Shown: positions 59,502-64,000 of the stretch, piece after piece
Position numbering within the stretch: position 1 is the first letter of the stretch
Layout: the number at the start of each line of letters is the position of its first letter
Assembly: GCA_963795855.1 (NCBI GenBank)
Contig: CAWCIZ010000001.1
Coordinates: 128,001-192,000 of the forward strand
Direction of reading: 5' to 3'
DNA length: 64,000 nt
Source of the DNA: Vulcanimicrobiota bacterium
Lineage (GTDB): Bacteria; Vulcanimicrobiota; Vulcanimicrobiia; Vulcanimicrobiales; Vulcanimicrobiaceae
Position numbers and translations under genes: made by a program
The notes under the pieces: generated by a model
What the model was told of the DNA's origin: nothing
What the model saw: the letters and a program-made list of their open reading frames with translations, nothing else
Databases searched by the model: none

Positions 59502-61812
59502 TTTTCACGTCAACGGACGAAGCGACGACGACCTGCGCGCGCAAGCCGCGAAAACCGGCCTGGCGCTGCGGGTTGACGAACTGCGGCGGATCGCCCACGA
59601 GTTAGGGCGCGACCCGAGCATCGTCGAGGTGCATGCGTTCGACGCGCAATGGAGCGAGCATTGCTCGTATAAAAGCAGCCGCCATTTGCTGCGCAAGCTT
59701 CCTACCGAAGGCCCGACGGTGATGCAAGGTCCCGCGGAAGACGCGGGCATTTTGCACTTGGGCGAAGCGCACGGCTCGCGCTGGGGCGTCGTCATCGCGC
59801 ACGAGTCACACAATCACCCTTCGCAAGTCGTGCCGTTCGAAGGTGCCGCGACGGGCGTCGGCGGCATCGTGCGCGACGTCCTGTGCATGGGCGCGGAAGT
59901 CATCGCGGTCGCGGATCCCCTGCGTTTCGGCCGCGTTGAAAATGCGGAGTCGCATCAGCGATACGTCGCGCAGGGCGTCGTTGATGGAATCGCCGCGTAC
60001 GGCAACGCCATCGGCATCCCGAACATCGCGGGCGATGCCTATTTCGACGAGCGTTTCGACGACAATTGTTTGGTCAACGTCGTCGCACTCGGCCTAATCA
60101 AGGAAGAAGACGTCATTCACTCCGCCGCTCCGGCCGGTTCGGAAGGCTGGGATATCGTGCTGGTCGGAAAGGCCACGGACACGAGCGGTTTCGGCGGCGC
60201 CGCATTCTCGTCGGTCACGCTCGACGAAGCGGACGAAGATGCAAACAAGGGCGCGGTTCAAGTTCCCGATCCGTTTTTGAAGAACGTGATCATGCGCGCG
60301 ACGTACCGCGTGTTCGAACATTTACGCGAGCGCAAGATTACGGCCGGCTTTAAAGATTTGGGCGCGGGCGGCATCATGGGCTGCAGCGCGGAACTGTGCA
60401 GCAGCGGCGGGTTCGGCGCGATCGTCGATCTCGACGACGTCAACACCGCGGTGAAGAACATGCCGCCGGAAGTCATTGCCGTCGGCGAAACGCAGGAGCG
60501 GTTGTGCTGGGTGCTGCCCGGCGACGTCACGCCTGACGTGCTGCGGATCTACAACGAAGAGTTTTCGCTGCCGCAGATCGCGCGCGGCGCCTGCGCGAGC
60601 GTCATCGGCGTCGTGCAAGGAGAGAAGCGCTACGTGCTGCGGTACGGCGGCGACATCGTGATGGACGTACCGATCGACTTCTTGACCGGATCGATACGCG
60701 ACGAATTGCCGGCCCGTCCGATGAGCGAGCGAAAAGTGTCCGTTCCCTCGCATCGCTACATCGCCGGCGAACACGACGCGGCCGGCCTGCTGCCGCGCGT
60801 GCTCGCGCACCGGGACGTCTGCTCGCGCGAACCGCTCTACGTGCGCTACGACGGCGTGGTTCGCGGCACGACCGTCATTCCGCGCGGATTCGCAAGCGCC
60901 GGCGTCATCGCGCCCGTCCCGGGTTCGCCTCTCGGCGTTGCGCTCGCGGTCGCAGGCAACCCCCGCATGAGCAAAGTCGATCCGTATTTAGCGGCGCAGT
61001 ACGCGGTGTTGGAAGCGGTGCGCAAAGTGGTGTCGGTCGGCGCGCGTCCGCTCGGCCTGACCGATTGTTTGAACTTCGGCAATCCGCAAAACATCGAGCA
61101 TTACTCGGAGTTGGTGCATTGCATCGACGGGCTTGAAGCTGCGGCAAGGCGTTTGGGAACGCCGTACGTCTCGGGCAACGTCAGTTTGTATAACGAGTCA
61201 AGGACCGGAAACGCGATTCCCGCCTCGCCGATCGTCGCCTGCGTCGGTGCGCTCGACGACGTCTCGAACGTGATCACCGCTCCGTTCAAGCGTTCCGGGT
61301 CCAAAGTGTTTCTCTTGGGACGTCCGCAAAATGCCGTCGGCGGCGCCGCGTTTGCCGAATTGCTCGAACAGATCGGCGGCCCGGCTCCTCCTATCGATTA
61401 CGAGCGCGCAATTGCGGAGATCGCGTTCTTTCGCGCGGCCGCGGACGCCGGCTTCATTCTTTCCGCGAGCAGCATCGGAAACGGAGGCGTTCTCGCGACG
61501 ATCGCTCGCATGGCTTTCCCCTCGCTGAGACGCGGCCGAACGCCGATCGGCGTAAATATCGCGCCGGCCCGCACGTGGACGAACGGCGTCACCGGTTCGT
61601 TGGAATCGTATTTCGGCGAGTGCGGCGGATTCGTGCTCGAAGCCGCGATCGACGAAGCCGAAGCACTGACGTCGATTGCGTCCGAGCACGTGCAGCTCAT
61701 TCCGATCGGAGAAACGATCCATGAAGCGGTGCTGCGCGTGGAGCGGCGTTCGCTCGATTTGCGCCGCTTGTTCGACTGCTGGCATCGGCCGCTGGCCGAG
61801 GTCTATCCATGA
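59494..61812 (+). CDS. purL: FGAM synthase large subunit
   Basis: WSEHCSYKSS, ESHNHPS, GAATGVGG, DLGAGG, ETQER, DCLNFGNP, GNVSLYN. Confidence 0.96.
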   Translation: MDSFHVNGRSDDDLRAQAAKTGLALRVDELRRIAHELGRDPSIVEVHAFDAQWSEHCSYKSSRHLLRKLPTEGPTVMQGPAEDAGILHLGEAHGSRWGVVIAHESHNHPSQVVPFEGAATGVGGIVRDVLCMGAEVIAVADPLRFGRVENAESHQRYVAQGVVDGIAAYGNAIGIPNIAGDAYFDERFDDNCLVNVVALGLIKEEDVIHSAAPAGSEGWDIVLVGKATDTSGFGGAAFSSVTLDEADEDANKGAVQVPDPFLKNVIMRATYRVFEHLRERKITAGFKDLGAGGIMGCSAELCSSGGFGAIVDLDDVNTAVKNMPPEVIAVGETQERLCWVLPGDVTPDVLRIYNEEFSLPQIARGACASVIGVVQGEKRYVLRYGGDIVMDVPIDFLTGSIRDELPARPMSERKVSVPSHRYIAGEHDAAGLLPRVLAHRDVCSREPLYVRYDGVVRGTTVIPRGFASAGVIAPVPGSPLGVALAVAGNPRMSKVDPYLAAQYAVLEAVRKVVSVGARPLGLTDCLNFGNPQNIEHYSELVHCIDGLEAAARRLGTPYVSGNVSLYNESRTGNAIPASPIVACVGALDDVSNVITAPFKRSGSKVFLLGRPQNAVGGAAFAELLEQIGGPAPPIDYERAIAEIAFFRAAADAGFILSASSIGNGGVLATIARMAFPSLRRGRTPIGVNIAPARTWTNGVTGSLESYFGECGGFVLEAAIDEAEALTSIASEHVQLIPIGETIHEAVLRVERRSLDLRRLFDCWHRPLAEVYP

Positions 61813-62579
61813 GTGCGAAAACAGCCGTGCTCGTTTTTCCCGGCACGAACAGCGAAATCGAAACGTGGCGCATTTGCAGGGACGTCGGCCTGGATGCGGA
61901 CGTGATTCACTGGAGCCGCGCCGAGCGATTGACGAACTACGATGCGTACGTGCTGCCGGGCGGCTTCGCTTACGAGGATCGCGTCCGTGCGGGGGCGATT
62001 CCGGCACACGATCCAATGATGGATTACGTCATCGACGGCGCTCAGCGCGGCAAACTCGTGCTCGGCGTATGCAACGGCGCGCAAATTCTTTTGGAAGCAG
62101 GCCTCGTGCCGGGCACCGGCGCTGTTCGCAAACCGACGGCGGCGTTCACGCGAAACGGGCCCGTGCCGCACTTCGTCTGCAAACACGTGCACATCAAACT
62201 CGCGGTTTCGCCGAAACGCTGCGCGATCACCGCCGCACTCTCGCCGGACGCGCTCATTCCGGCGTGGGCGGCTCACGGTGAGGGGCGCTTAGCGGCAACG
62301 CCGGAACACTTGCGCGAAATCGTCGACGGCGGCCATATGGCGTTCGTGTACGCGCATGCGGACGGATCGGTAGACGCCGGCGCAGTGCCGAACGATTCCG
62401 CGCTCGGCTGCGCGGGGCTTACGAACCGCGAAGGCAACGTGCTCGCCATCATGCCGCATCCCGAGCGCGACGCATGGAATTACAATCATCCGGACGACGT
62501 GCGGAAGGGCGACGTTCTCTCACCCTCCGGCGGAGCGGTGCTCTTTCAAGCGCTTGCGGACGCAGTCAGACGCGCATGA
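61809..62579 (+). CDS. purQ: FGAM synthase glutaminase subunit
   Basis: FPGTN, PGGF, GVCNG, HGEGR, MPHPER. Confidence 0.95.
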   Translation: MSAKTAVLVFPGTNSEIETWRICRDVGLDADVIHWSRAERLTNYDAYVLPGGFAYEDRVRAGAIPAHDPMMDYVIDGAQRGKLVLGVCNGAQILLEAGLVPGTGAVRKPTAAFTRNGPVPHFVCKHVHIKLAVSPKRCAITAALSPDALIPAWAAHGEGRLAATPEHLREIVDGGHMAFVYAHADGSVDAGAVPNDSALGCAGLTNREGNVLAIMPHPERDAWNYNHPDDVRKGDVLSPSGGAVLFQALADAVRRA

Positions 62580-63004
62580 CGCTTCGCACGATCGCGATCA
62601 AGCTCAAAATTCCCGACAACGAGGCCTATACGGCGCTGACGGCTTTGCGGCGTCTGGGCGTCGATGCCGCGCGGCTCGAGCGGGCGGAGATCTGGCAACT
62701 CGAAGACGGCGGCAGCCCCGGGGATTTCCCCGAACGCGTCGAGCGCAACGAAACGTTGTTCAATCAAAACAAACACGAACTCGAACTGTTGGAGAACCAA
62801 ACGCCTCGCCCCGGTGAGGTGTGGGTCGAGCAGCTCGACGCGAAAGACGTTCAGCCGCGCATCGCCGGGGTGACGCGGGCTCGGCGCTACGTCGGGTGGA
62901 GGTTATTCGCGCAAAGTCACACGCCGGCAGACAAAGAGACCGTGCTCGCTGCGGTAGACCTTTTATTGTGTAATCCCGCGATCGAGAAAGCAATCACCGC
63001 ATGA
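62576..63004 (+). CDS. PurS-like protein (extended)
   Basis: position after purQ, IKLKIPDNEA, C-terminal LLCNPAIE resembling PurS LLANPVIE. Confidence 0.6.
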   Translation: MTLRTIAIKLKIPDNEAYTALTALRRLGVDAARLERAEIWQLEDGGSPGDFPERVERNETLFNQNKHELELLENQTPRPGEVWVEQLDAKDVQPRIAGVTRARRYVGWRLFAQSHTPADKETVLAAVDLLLCNPAIEKAITA

Positions 63005-64000
63005 ACCGACCCTACACCATCGCGACGCTCGGATCGCACTCCGCGCTGCAGATCCTCAAGGGCGCGCACGATGAGGGTTTCCGAACCCTTGCCATCGCCA
63101 ATCGCGACACGGAGCGCTTGTACCGGTCGTTCAAGTTCGTCGATGAAGTCATCGGCATCGAACGCTATCAGGATTTCTGGCAACTCGTTCCCGAACTCGA
63201 AAAGCGCAAACTCATCGTGGTACCGCACGGATCGTTCGTCGCGTACCTATCGCTCGACGAGCACAAGCGCATGACGGTCCCGTATTTTGGGAACAAAGCG
63301 GTGCTCGACTGGGAGGCGAGCCGCGAAATGCAGCGGGAGTGGCTTTCTCGTGCGAATCTCAAACTGCCGCGCCAGTTCAGGAACCCCAGCGAAATCGACC
63401 GCCCGGTCATCGTGAAACTCTACGGCGCCGCCGGCGGCAAAGGGTACATGTTCATCCAAGACGCTGCGGATTTCGAGCACCGCGCCGCTCACTTGAAAGA
63501 AGCGCACATCATTCAGGAATATATCGTCGGCGTGCCGCTGTACATTCATTACTTCTATTCGCCGCTGGAAGACAAACTCGAAATCATGAGCATGGACCGG
63601 CGCTACGAAACGAACGTCGACTCGCTCGGACGCATACCGGCCGCCGCGCAGGAAGGCATGGACGTCAGCCCATCCTATGTGGTGGTCGGGAATTCGCCCG
63701 TTTCGCTGCGCGAGTCGATGCTCGCCGAGGCGTACCGCATGGGCGAGGACGTCGTGCGGGTGAGCAAGGAGATCTGCGGACCGAAGGGCCTCTTCGGCGC
63801 GTTCTGCATCGAAACGATCATCACGCCGGATATGCAGTTCTACATCATGGAGATCTCCGCCCGGATCGTCGCGGGCACCAATCTGTTCATCGACGGATCC
63901 GCATATTCGTACCTGAATTACTCCGAGCCGATGTCGACCGGCAGGCGGATCGCGCGGGAAATCAAAAACGCACTTTTGACCAACAATCTGCGTTTCGTAT
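63001..64000 (+). CDS. purP: formate-dependent AICAR formyltransferase (FAICAR synthetase), archaeal type; 3'-truncated by window
   Basis: IATLGSHSALQILKGAHDEGF, VPHGSF, GGKGY, DRRYETNVD, LRES, EISARIVAGTN, MSTGRRIAREI. Confidence 0.9.
   Translation, partial: MNRPYTIATLGSHSALQILKGAHDEGFRTLAIANRDTERLYRSFKFVDEVIGIERYQDFWQLVPELEKRKLIVVPHGSFVAYLSLDEHKRMTVPYFGNKAVLDWEASREMQREWLSRANLKLPRQFRNPSEIDRPVIVKLYGAAGGKGYMFIQDAADFEHRAAHLKEAHIIQEYIVGVPLYIHYFYSPLEDKLEIMSMDRRYETNVDSLGRIPAAAQEGMDVSPSYVVVGNSPVSLRESMLAEAYRMGEDVVRVSKEICGPKGLFGAFCIETIITPDMQFYIMEISARIVAGTNLFIDGSAYSYLNYSEPMSTGRRIAREIKNALLTNNLRFV

Overview
GC-rich bacterial chromosomal segment. Gene style and content suggest Candidatus Eremiobacterota (WPS-2); this is an inference and was not tested. 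Core content: beta-oxidation genes, galK-galT-GH35 beta-galactosidase, pseudouridine catabolism, Fluc/DUF190, BlaI/BlaR-like pair, tRNA-Gln and tRNA-Glu, sugar-nucleotide and glycosyltransferase genes, pcrA, the dap/asd/lysC cluster, riboflavin genes, mtnA, holA and a pur operon. Many conserved genes carry single-base frameshifts, most likely long-read assembly indels. Strongest observations: (1) RibBA fused to an N-terminal XRE HTH, with a perfect palindrome over its own -35 box and no FMN riboswitch, suggesting an enzyme-repressor that controls riboflavin synthesis; (2) a tRNA-adjacent accessory region where an AfsR/SARP-like BTAD-ATPase-TPR regulator lies between two duplicated operons encoding Cys-rich secreted HExxH proteins, both with the same 11-bp-phased direct-repeat promoter; (3) a leaderless HNH nuclease gene with a LexA box whose 3' end contains the tRNA operon promoter; (4) a peroxiredoxin with in-frame TGA at the catalytic Cys and a SECIS-like hairpin; (5) a pur operon with an animal-PAICS-like PurC-PurE fusion (degenerate PurE) and an archaeal-type PurP. 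No CRISPR array, rRNA, integrase or transposase was recognised.
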